Assembly (NCBI GenBank): GCA_001783335.1
Contig: MFLU01000002.1
Coordinates: 4,948-68,947 of the forward strand
Origin: Candidatus Kaiserbacteria bacterium RIFCSPLOWO2_01_FULL_50_24
Lineage (GTDB): Bacteria; Patescibacteriota; Minisyncoccia; Phycocordibacterales; UBA2100
Direction: 5' to 3'
DNA length: 64,000 nucleotides
Part shown: positions 9,665 to 17,472 of the stretch, piece after piece
Numbering within the stretch: the first letter of the stretch is position 1
How the letters are laid out: each line of letters starts with the position of its first letter
Position numbers and translations under genes: made by a program
Notes under the pieces: generated by a model
The model's database searches: none
What the model was told of the DNA's origin: nothing
Seen by the model: only the letters and a program-made list of their open reading frames with translations

Positions 9665-10162
9665 CTACGAAAGAAAGTGAAAGAGAATGATTCCTGTAGC
9701 CACAGACACGTTCAGTGATTCTTTGATACCACGCATGGGGATTTCAACAAGCTCGTCGCACTGTGCTAGAAATGCGGGAGAAAGACCGCGCACTTCGTTG
9801 CCGAACACGAATAACGTTTTTTGTTTAAGATTGAATGTCCGGTAGTCACGGGCCCGCGCATCTTGTTCCACGCCAACGACACGCCATCCCTCTCGCTTCA
9901 TGCGCTGGAGCCATGAATTGAGACGGGAGATATGTTGCCACGCCATCGTTTTTTCAGCGCCAAGCGCGGTTTTCGCAATTTCTTTCTGCGCCCGTCCGTA
10001 GCTTTTAGCGAAGGCGGACTGTATTCGTCCGAATTTGTCGTGGGGTAGTGGCGTGTAACCAGAAAGATATACGGCCTTTACTCCCGCAGTGTCCGCCGTT
10101 CTAAAAATGGAACCTACGTTATGCGCGCTCCGAATGTTGTGAAGCAGTACCGCAACTTGCAT
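9665..10162 (-). CDS. SpoU/TrmH-family RNA 2'-O-methyltransferase
   Basis: MQVAVLLHNIRSAHNVGSIFRTADTAGV (SPOUT N-motif) and a C-terminal VEIPMRGIKESLNVSVATGIILF knot motif. Confidence 0.7.
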   Translation of the reverse strand: MQVAVLLHNIRSAHNVGSIFRTADTAGVKAVYLSGYTPLPHDKFGRIQSAFAKSYGRAQKEIAKTALGAEKTMAWQHISRLNSWLQRMKREGWRVVGVEQDARARDYRTFNLKQKTLFVFGNEVRGLSPAFLAQCDELVEIPMRGIKESLNVSVATGIILFHFLS

Positions 10163-10242
10163 GAGTGCATGCTACTCCCTTGCCGTATTTTCTAAAAGCT
10201 ATAAGCTACTATTATGCCCCGCCGTAGGTGACGACAAGCAAG

Positions 10243-10372
10243 TACGCAATTAAAATTGAAAAACGAAAAAGGAAAAACGACAATGAAAAAGTTAAAACCG
10301 TAGAAGCGCCAGAAATTTTTAATTTTACACTGTCGTTTTAAGATTTTCATTTTTACTTTTTAATTTGTACTA
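10243..10372. repeat. Family B palindromic element (arms AAAAAGTAAAAATGAAAA / TTTTCATTTTTACTTTTT with an AACGACA..TGTCGTT inner inverted repeat)
   Basis: Sequence read directly. It sits in the divergent promoter region between the trmH-like gene and the 10365 ORF. Confidence 0.55.
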
Positions 10373-10844
10373 TTCACCGATGCTTTCTATTTTTCCAGAA
10401 CTATTATTCCTCGCGCCTCTCGCCCCCTTTCTTCTTCGCGTCGCGCTCGCGGGCGTATTCGGATACGCCGCACTGCGGCACTTTGTTTCAAAGCGCGAGG
10501 ACGGCATGCGCACATTGGGCTTTGTTGCGGGGTGGCTTCACGCGTTTTGGATGCAGCCCGCCGGGCAGAGCTCCCTCAGCGGCACCGACGGCAACATTGG
10601 AACTTCTGTGGGACGTTGGGCATTTAAAGTACTGTGGGTCGTTGAAGCTGTAATTGCGATTATTTTCGTTCTCGGTGCGTATACGCAACTTGTCGCACTC
10701 ATCGGTGGCATTGTAGCGGTGGAATGGATGCTCTCGCGCCGTACACGCCCCGTCGCGCGTGGCGCCGCGTTTCTCTCGCTCGTTATGTGTCTCTCGCTTC
10801 TTTTGACCGGAGCCGGAGCACTCGCGTTTGATCTACCACTCTAG
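10365..10844 (+). CDS. Hypothetical polytopic membrane protein (DoxX-like hydrophobic profile)
   Basis: 159 aa with four hydrophobic segments. Confidence 0.4.
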   Translation: MYYSPMLSIFPELLFLAPLAPFLLRVALAGVFGYAALRHFVSKREDGMRTLGFVAGWLHAFWMQPAGQSSLSGTDGNIGTSVGRWAFKVLWVVEAVIAIIFVLGAYTQLVALIGGIVAVEWMLSRRTRPVARGAAFLSLVMCLSLLLTGAGALAFDLPL

Positions 10845-11052
10845 AAATCGCGAAGCTGGAGGCTGGAGACTGGAAAATACCACTCTAGAAATCGTGAAGC
10901 TGGATGGCTGGAAGCTGGAAGAAGCGGTTCAAAAACTGGAAAAAGCGACGTTTTTTAAGTACGATACACACAAGCCTCCCGTAAGCAGAGCTTTCGGGGG
11001 CGGCGTTCGGAGAAAATACGAATACGCTGTATTCTTATTTTACTCCTCTCTA

Positions 11053-11123
11053 CCCCCCGTAGCTCAGTGGTAGAGCAGCAGACTTTTAATCTGTTGATGT
11101 TGGTCCGATTCCAACCGGGGGGA
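11053..11123 (+). tRNA. tRNA-Lys (anticodon TTT)
   Basis: Acceptor CCCCCCG/CGGGGGG, D-arm GCTCAGTGGTAGAGC, anticodon loop CTTTTAA, 4 nt variable loop, T-arm GTTGGTCCGATTCCAAC (T-loop TCCGATT instead of TTCGAAT). C1:G72 pair, no encoded CCA. Confidence 0.7.
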
Positions 11124-11428
11124 CAAAGATGAATAATTTTTAAATTACTTCGCATCACAAAAGTACGGCGCCGGATTCACCACCTAGAGCGGAGGCGCCT
11201 GTCATCCGAGAGAACCCAGCACCAGTGCAAGCACGGTGCGGGGCATGCATCGCGCTGTATTTGCATCCACAACTTCAAGCGGAGGCGGCATTGCTTCGAG
11301 AAGGCCTTGCGCAGCGCGACGGCGCGAGCAGAGCAAATTTTCAGCAGAAAATTATGCGTGCCTTTCGAGAGGCAATGCCGCCAAGCGAGCGACCCCTGTA
11401 TTTGCATTCCACCACCTAAAGCGGGAGA

Positions 11429-11531
11429 GGCGCACCTGTTTGGGAGACTTAACCGTAGCGGAGTCCCGCTCCAGTTTTGCTGAAAGACAAAACTGGAGCG
11501 GGACGTGAGCGGTCTCCCAAACAGGTGCGCC
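11429..11531. repeat. Family D structured element, copy 1 (20 bp perfect closing inverted repeat GGCGCACCTGTTTGGGAGAC / GTCTCCCAAACAGGTGCGCC, conserved TTAACCGTAGCGGAG and GACGTGAGCG internal-loop strands, 40 nt inner hairpin)
   Basis: Read directly. The second copy at 58252-58352 shares the flanks but has a different inner stem sequence. Confidence 0.5.
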
Positions 11532-11545
11532 AACGGAGCGCCCCA

Positions 11546-12823
11546 CTAAATTGCCATCTCAACAGTCACGTAATCGGTTGCGGGTTCGCCGTCGGTTGCG
11601 ACGCACGAGATAGTGAAAACAGTCACACCAGAGAGCGGTACCGTGGACGCGCCCCCTGAAAATCCTGTTTCGTGGAAGCTACCGTCGGGACTCGTTACTA
11701 TGCACGATTCCACGCCTCTTGAATTCCAGAATACTAACGTGCGCGAACCAATGGATACGCGCGCGGGGACGGCCCACACGTGCGCTTCTGGTTCTATAGC
11801 GGGTATCAGTTTTTCCTGCTTCACTTCTTTTTTCGTTTGCTGTAGTGGCTGTAGCACCGGATACACTGCTGTTTGTACTACGGGAAGCGGAGGCGGCGGT
11901 TTGTACCCGCGCCGCTCGCATAAACCATCAAAGAAAGAGCTCGGTATAACATACGTAATGAACGAGCCCGCCCAAGGACGCGATACGCACAAACGTGCGA
12001 CCATACCGCCCTCACCCATCCATGTTCCCGTTTGACCGTAAAATCCGGCCACCTCAAATCCGCGTGTTTCATCCCGTTCGCTGGCGATGGCAGTTGCCCC
12101 CGTGCCGATTTCTTCTATGCGTCCGTAAAGGCCGCTGCCGAGCGACACAGGAGTATCCAATACTCCGGAAGCAAGCGGCGGCTCGGATGAGGACATGTCA
12201 GACTCACTTTCGGTGGCGCGCAAAATTTCTTCACTTACCCCCGATTCCTCGCTGGGCACGTAGGGATCGCTTTGTTCATTGGTAAGCGATCCCATAAGGT
12301 CGCCAACAATGTCTTGCCCACTCGTTTCGCCGAAAGGCGATGTGAGAAGGTTGCTTGCGCCCGGAGAATATATCGCGCACGGATCGGTGGTCGGCGTAGT
12401 CACCTGGTAGTATGAAGGACATAATTGTTGTTGCTGTTGGCTTCCTTGCGATCCCTGCTGCATGAGTTTGTCCAAGACGCCCTTAAGGATATCCATAATC
12501 TCTTTCGGTATGCCGAGAGCCGTCTGTTTACCGTCCAGTCCTTCTGAGCTTATGCCGCGGCAGACACCTGGCGCGCTACTTTTACATATCCCTATCGTTT
12601 TTCTGTCGTTCGTTATATCAACACATGGGATGGCCTGACAAGACACACACCCTGGATCAAAGGGCGAGGGCGTACACTTTCCTGGGTAACAATACTGGGT
12701 TCCACAAAACGCATCTGCTTCCGTAAAAACGGCGTTGGTTGCGTATGGTATGAAAAGAAAACCAGCGGTGAGCAAAATAGCGGCAACCAACACAATACGT
12801 TTGCCATAAAGAAAGCAACTCAT
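11546..12823 (-). CDS. Hypothetical secreted cysteine-rich protein
   Basis: N-terminal TM/signal region (IVLVAAILLTAGFLF), about 12 Cys in the first 100 aa (CGTQYCYPGKCTPSPFDPGCVSCQAIPC), then a Q-rich linker and an acidic, S/T-rich region. Confidence 0.5.
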   Translation of the reverse strand: MSCFLYGKRIVLVAAILLTAGFLFIPYATNAVFTEADAFCGTQYCYPGKCTPSPFDPGCVSCQAIPCVDITNDRKTIGICKSSAPGVCRGISSEGLDGKQTALGIPKEIMDILKGVLDKLMQQGSQGSQQQQQLCPSYYQVTTPTTDPCAIYSPGASNLLTSPFGETSGQDIVGDLMGSLTNEQSDPYVPSEESGVSEEILRATESESDMSSSEPPLASGVLDTPVSLGSGLYGRIEEIGTGATAIASERDETRGFEVAGFYGQTGTWMGEGGMVARLCVSRPWAGSFITYVIPSSFFDGLCERRGYKPPPPLPVVQTAVYPVLQPLQQTKKEVKQEKLIPAIEPEAHVWAVPARVSIGSRTLVFWNSRGVESCIVTSPDGSFHETGFSGGASTVPLSGVTVFTISCVATDGEPATDYVTVEMAI

Positions 12824-12848
12824 ATATCACGATTATACCGTATCTTCT

Positions 12849-13490
12849 CTACATACCGGAGAGCACAAACTGCTCAAGTGCATATTCAAGCTCTACCCCA
12901 CTGCGGCGCGCCTCGTGTGGCAACTCCGCGAGTAGAGCAACAAGTTCAGCCCCTCGACATTGCTCGGCGCTCCTCGCCTGCGCTCGAAGCAACATGTCTT
13001 TCGCCCCCCAAAACAAAACGCCATGTATCGCCTCAGGCGCCACGCCTTTAAGGAGTTCGCACTGATACCCTATCCAAAGCGCTTTTTTATTTTTACCTCG
13101 CAAGGCATTGGTGAGCGCAAAAATGGTTTTGTCCTCTGCCTGTTTTTTTGTGCTGTGTACGACATACTCATGCGCGTATTTTTTAAGCGTGCGTGACAAT
13201 TCCGCATTCGGTTTTTCTTCCAAAACAAAAAAAGTCTCTTCCGAATCGCAAAGCGAGGACAAAGTAGGAGTGAGTATCGCCCGCATTTCATCATTCGCAC
13301 AGACGTCCTCAAATATCACCGCCTGTTTTTCACCAAATAGACCGCCACCACGCAGTGCGTTTTTAAGGTCGTTAACCGTGTGCGCGTCGGTTATGCGCAC
13401 AATACGCGCGCCACTCGCTATAGACGCGATTTTTTTATACATCGCCTCGCGCGCCTTTTTTCTATCAGTGCCAGTGAAAACGTAGAGCAT
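12849..13490 (-). CDS. holA: DNA polymerase III delta subunit-like (HolA-like)
   Basis: MLYVFTGTD N-terminus and a LFGEKQAVIFEDV segment resemble the delta subunit. It lies next to polA. Weak call. Confidence 0.4.
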   Translation of the reverse strand: MLYVFTGTDRKKAREAMYKKIASIASGARIVRITDAHTVNDLKNALRGGGLFGEKQAVIFEDVCANDEMRAILTPTLSSLCDSEETFFVLEEKPNAELSRTLKKYAHEYVVHSTKKQAEDKTIFALTNALRGKNKKALWIGYQCELLKGVAPEAIHGVLFWGAKDMLLRAQARSAEQCRGAELVALLAELPHEARRSGVELEYALEQFVLSGM

Positions 13491-13500
13491 GCAATAGCTT

Positions 13501-15891
13501 TTAGCTTCTAGCTTCTAGCTTTTTCAATTCTCCCCAGTTCGGACCGAGCGAAGCATCCGCCACAATCGGCACGCCGGAAAGTTTTGACGCGGGCACAACA
13601 CTCTCCATTACGCCTTTAATCTCGCGAGCTATTTCTTCGGCGTGTTTCTCGTCCAGTTCATACACGAGCTCATCGTGTATCTGGAGCACCAGCCGCGCAT
13701 TCGCACCCCACCCACGCTTCTCGAGCATGTGGTCAACATTAACCATGGCAAGTTTCGTGATGTCTGCCGACGAGCCCTGTATCGGAGCGTTTATCGCCAT
13801 GCGCTCCGCCTGCGCGCGAACCTGCGGCAACGGAGAGTGGAGACCCGAAAAGTAACGACGCCTACCGAAAAATGTTTCCGTGAAGCCGCGGCGCGCGGCA
13901 TCGGTTTTCGTTTTTTCAATAAAGCGCGCGAGGTCGGAGAAGTTTTTGAAATAGTTATCCAGAAACGTTTGTGCTTCTTCGCGCTCTACGTCGGCGCCAA
14001 GAGATGAGCGCAACGACACAACACCCATGCCGTACAAAATCCCGAAGTTAATGACTTTCGCGCGCCGTCGCATCTCATAGTCCACTTTTCCACGCGGCAC
14101 CGAGAATACCAACGATGCGACAGACGAGTGCACATCGCCTCCGCTCTTAAAAACGCTGACGAGATTCTTGTCGCCGGAGAGCCCCGCCGCAAGCCGCAGC
14201 TCTATCTGCGAGTAATCCAGCGCCGCGAGCACAGAGCCGGGCGGTGCAACAAATGCGCGGCGTATATGCTTCCCCCGTTCACCCTGTATGGGAATATTCT
14301 GCATATTCGGATTCTGTGAGCTCATGCGTCCGGTGGTCGTCCCAGACTGCACAAACTCCGTATGCAAGCGTCCGTCGCTTCCAATAAGTTTCGGGAGTTT
14401 CGAGACATAGGTTGAGAGCAGTTTTTTCAGTTCGCGGTACAGGAGCACGTCATCCACAATCGGGTGTTGTCCGGAAAGCTTTGCGAGCTCTTCTTCGCGC
14501 GTCGTGCGCGCGCCTCCAGACGTTAATTTCTGCCGCGCAGGTGCGAGCTTGAGCTCGTCAAATAGAACTTCGGCAAGCTGACGCGGAGAGCTCACGTTAA
14601 ATTCGCGCCCCGCGTATTTCATAATGCGCCCCGCGACCACATGGAGTTCTTTTTCATACTCTTTTGCCAGCCCCTTCAAGTACGGCACATCAAGAAGCAC
14701 ACCGACGGCATTCATTCTCTCAACAACCGGTACCAAGGAACGCTCTATGGTTTCATACACCTCTTTTAGACGCCCCGTCTTTTCAAGTTCTTCACATATA
14801 TTCTTGCGCGCCTTTTCAAAATCGCGCGTATGCGCATACTGAAAAATATCCTCAAGCGTCGGGTTAGTTGTGTCAGAATGCAGAAGCCACAGCGCGAGCG
14901 ACACCTCTTTCAATAGCTGTGCGTCCACAGAAGGAAATAATGTGCCATTACTCTTTTCTTCCGACGTTTTTGCTCCAGTCGCTTTTAGTACGCGTTCCTT
15001 GAGTGAGCGAAACTCAAACTCGTCACATAACGACGTAACCGCCGCCGCATAATCCGCCAAACACCATTCGCGTTTGGGAAGCGAGAACGATATCGGAGCG
15101 CTCTCCAGTATCACCGCGAGCTTTTTTGAAAACAGCGCGTCTTTCTCGCCGTCCACCACAAGCTCTATAGAGCGTTTCGTGAACCCCGCTTTTTCAAGCG
15201 CCTGCGCGTCTTTTTTAAGAGCGCCGTATATCTTTTCCAAAGAACCGAATTTTTTCACCAGTTCGGTCGCTGTCTTTTCCCCAACGCCCGCTATGCCTTT
15301 GATGTTATCCGACGGATCTCCGCGAAGCCCTTTGTAGTCGGGCAAAAGCGCGGGAACAAAACCGAAGCGCTCGCGCACCTTACCTTCGTCGTAGAGAACC
15401 GTATCAGAAAGCCCTTGTCGCATCGTGTACACTTTTACGCGCGAACCCTCTACCAGTTGCAACGTGTCCAAGTCGCCAGATGCAATAACAATCTCTATGT
15501 TTTTTTCACGCACTAGTTTTTTAACAATCGTTCCTATCACATCGTCGGCCTCAAAGCCGGCGGCCTCGTGGAGCGGAATGCCGAACGCAGCAAACACTTT
15601 CGGCGCCGCCTCAAGCTGTGACACAAGTTCTTTGTCTGCTTTTGGGCGAGTACCTTTGTATTCTTTGTAGAGCGTGTGCCGATTTGTCGGCCCCGGCAAA
15701 TCGCGTGCCGCTACAATATAGTCGGGCTTAAGATCAGCGGTGATTTTCAAGAGCATGGAGATAAGACCATAAAGAGCACCGGTGGGTTCGCCCTTTGACG
15801 ACGAGAAGTCGGGTAACGCGTGATACGCGCGATGGATAATGGCGTGCGAATCCAAAATAACGAGACGTTTCAGTGTTTTCTTGTATACCAT
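13501..15891 (-). CDS. polA: DNA polymerase I
   Basis: 5'-3' exonuclease N-domain (LILDSHAIIHRAYHA), polymerase motif A (DYSQIELRLAA) and motif B (RRRAKVINFGILYGMG). At 796 aa it is shorter than E. coli Pol I, so the 3'-5' exonuclease domain is probably reduced. Confidence 0.9.
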   Translation of the reverse strand: MVYKKTLKRLVILDSHAIIHRAYHALPDFSSSKGEPTGALYGLISMLLKITADLKPDYIVAARDLPGPTNRHTLYKEYKGTRPKADKELVSQLEAAPKVFAAFGIPLHEAAGFEADDVIGTIVKKLVREKNIEIVIASGDLDTLQLVEGSRVKVYTMRQGLSDTVLYDEGKVRERFGFVPALLPDYKGLRGDPSDNIKGIAGVGEKTATELVKKFGSLEKIYGALKKDAQALEKAGFTKRSIELVVDGEKDALFSKKLAVILESAPISFSLPKREWCLADYAAAVTSLCDEFEFRSLKERVLKATGAKTSEEKSNGTLFPSVDAQLLKEVSLALWLLHSDTTNPTLEDIFQYAHTRDFEKARKNICEELEKTGRLKEVYETIERSLVPVVERMNAVGVLLDVPYLKGLAKEYEKELHVVAGRIMKYAGREFNVSSPRQLAEVLFDELKLAPARQKLTSGGARTTREEELAKLSGQHPIVDDVLLYRELKKLLSTYVSKLPKLIGSDGRLHTEFVQSGTTTGRMSSQNPNMQNIPIQGERGKHIRRAFVAPPGSVLAALDYSQIELRLAAGLSGDKNLVSVFKSGGDVHSSVASLVFSVPRGKVDYEMRRRAKVINFGILYGMGVVSLRSSLGADVEREEAQTFLDNYFKNFSDLARFIEKTKTDAARRGFTETFFGRRRYFSGLHSPLPQVRAQAERMAINAPIQGSSADITKLAMVNVDHMLEKRGWGANARLVLQIHDELVYELDEKHAEEIAREIKGVMESVVPASKLSGVPIVADASLGPNWGELKKLEARS

Positions 15892-15920
15892 ACTAGATCA
15901 GCGAATTATATTGCACAAAA

Positions 15921-16090
15921 CATTGGAACCAAACGAACGCTAAAATTCCAAGCACCAAGCACCAAATTACAAACAATATCTAAATTCTAATTACTAAATA
16001 CCAAACACAATATGTTGGTTTTGAATTTGTGATTTTGGTGATTTGAATTTATTTGTAATTTGGAATTTGTTATTTGGATTTGTTTGTGAT
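15921..16090. repeat. Family A palindromic element, copy 2
   Basis: GAACCAAACGAACGCTAAAATTCCAAGCACCAAGCACCAAATTACAAACAATATCTAAATTCTAATTACTAAATACCAAACAC...GTTTTGAATTTGTGATTTTGGTGATTTGAATTTATTTG. Confidence 0.65.
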
Positions 16091-16099
16091 GTCTGTGTT

Positions 16100-16573
16100 T
16101 CAAGAATTGTATTCAACAAACCTCTCCTCCCCTTCCCCGATAGTAAACGCGAGACGTCGGGCGTCAGGCGGCATCGCGCCCTCCACATGCTCCGGCCATT
16201 CAATAAGTATAAGCGTACCCTCGTCTCCCAAAAGCTCCTTGAAGCCGAGGACATCAAGTTCGTGTGTGTTTTCTAAACGGTACGCATCTATATGTACTAT
16301 TTTTTTAAACGGCCCGCGTGGGGGTATATATACTTTCTCAATCACAAAGGTGGGACTCGTGACAGGCTCTTCTATTCCGTACGAGCGCAACACTCCCCGT
16401 ACGAAAGTGGTTTTCCCCGCACCGAGAGGGCCGGAGAGCGCCACAACCGTAGCGCGACTCTCAAACGGCGTAATTCCTGCGACATAGTTCGCCGCAAAAT
16501 CCTCCATCTCCTTTTCTCCCAAAACGCGCAACTTCATGCCCGTCAGTATACTTAATCGAAAAGGCACCGTCAT
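16100..16573 (-). CDS. tsaE: tRNA threonylcarbamoyladenosine biosynthesis ATPase TsaE (YjeE)
   Basis: LSGPLGAGKTTFVRGV P-loop and HIDAYRL motif. The start may be the internal MKLRVL. Confidence 0.75.
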   Translation of the reverse strand: MTVPFRLSILTGMKLRVLGEKEMEDFAANYVAGITPFESRATVVALSGPLGAGKTTFVRGVLRSYGIEEPVTSPTFVIEKVYIPPRGPFKKIVHIDAYRLENTHELDVLGFKELLGDEGTLILIEWPEHVEGAMPPDARRLAFTIGEGEERFVEYNS

Positions 16574-16583
16574 TCGTTACGTC

Positions 16584-16877
16584 TTACCGATACACTTCGT
16601 CGTGTGTTCCGATATCCAGAAACAAAACATGGCCATCCATGAGAAATATGAACTTGATGCGGTACTTTCGATTGACGGAGAACGCCCACACAGCTCTATC
16701 TTTGCCGTTCAACTTGTGCGTTTCCAAACTGGGATGAAATGGATGTTCGCGGAAAAGTCGCTCCTTCTCTTTCGCACTTTCTTTGACCGACCTCGGTAAT
16801 TTTCGGTATCGTTTCTCAAAACGAGCGTTCGTCTTAATACTGACGACTCTCATATATCCGTTAATCAAGATCGGCAA
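16584..16877 (-). CDS. Type II toxin, RelE/YafQ family mRNA interferase
   Basis: EHPFHPSLETHKLNGKDRAVWAFSVNRKYRIKFIFLMDGHVLFLDIGTHDEVY matches the YafQ/RelE pattern (HP...L..H.L.G...G, RIIF, IGTHDxxY). It overlaps the upstream antitoxin ORF. An alternative start at MRVV is possible. Confidence 0.75.
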   Translation of the reverse strand: MPILINGYMRVVSIKTNARFEKRYRKLPRSVKESAKEKERLFREHPFHPSLETHKLNGKDRAVWAFSVNRKYRIKFIFLMDGHVLFLDIGTHDEVYR

Positions 16878-17079
16878 GAGATCGAATGGTGCGCGTTTTT
16901 CCTTCCATATGTTCTCGCAATCCCTCCTCCACGAGCTTGTCTAAACCTGTGGCGGCTTTACCAGTGAGATAGAACGTAGGGACCGCAGCATGCAAAAGAC
17001 GCTGGTACTCCTTTATCGGCAGAACAACAACACCCGCTTCTTTCCTGATCTTTGATTTTGCAATAGTTACGGTACTCAT
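16861..17079 (-). CDS. Type II antitoxin (Phd/YefM- or RelB/DinJ-like)
   Basis: 72 aa with a VVVLPIKEYQRLL motif, immediately upstream of and overlapping the RelE-family toxin. Confidence 0.55.
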   Translation of the reverse strand: MSTVTIAKSKIRKEAGVVVLPIKEYQRLLHAAVPTFYLTGKAATGLDKLVEEGLREHMEGKTRTIRSLADLD

Positions 17080-17139
17080 AGCACCACCATAGCATTCCTT
17101 TGGAGGATATCAACTCGGAGAACAAACCGACAAGTATAT

Positions 17140-17166
17140 ATCGACTTACGAAGTCGATATAATTAG
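17140..17166. promoter_or_regulatory. Perfect 11 bp inverted repeat TATATCGACTT-ACGAA-AAGTCGATATA upstream of the TA operon (candidate antitoxin operator)
   Basis: The palindrome is read directly 60-85 bp upstream of the antitoxin start on the minus strand. Confidence 0.3.
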
Positions 17167-17472
17167 GTCAATACGAAGGTCGGTATAACCTGAAATCGTT
17201 GTCTTATTGCGCCTATAGTGCTCAATTCTCAATACCCGGTTGAGCTTCTATCAGTTCCGGTTTCGTCAGAGTTACACTCTCCGACTTTCCTAACGGTCGT
17301 GAAATAAGGAGGGTTGCTGAGAGTAATTCGTGCCCCCCTCAGTTTCGCCACCATACGCGTCTGGTTTTCTTTCGACAAACGTATCGAATTTTGGTATTTC
17401 CGGCATCATATTCAAACCATAACATAAGAGAACGCGGCTTTGTCGTAGTAATTTGTTGTTATAATACAACAC

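Noticed and set aside
11177-11546. Short ORFs called in GC-rich repeat blocks. This also covers 28482-29279, 48830-49290 and 58163-58488.
   Set aside because: These regions are made of dispersed palindromic repeat modules. The ORFs overlap on both strands, have no recognisable protein features, and the same ORFs recur wherever the repeat recurs.
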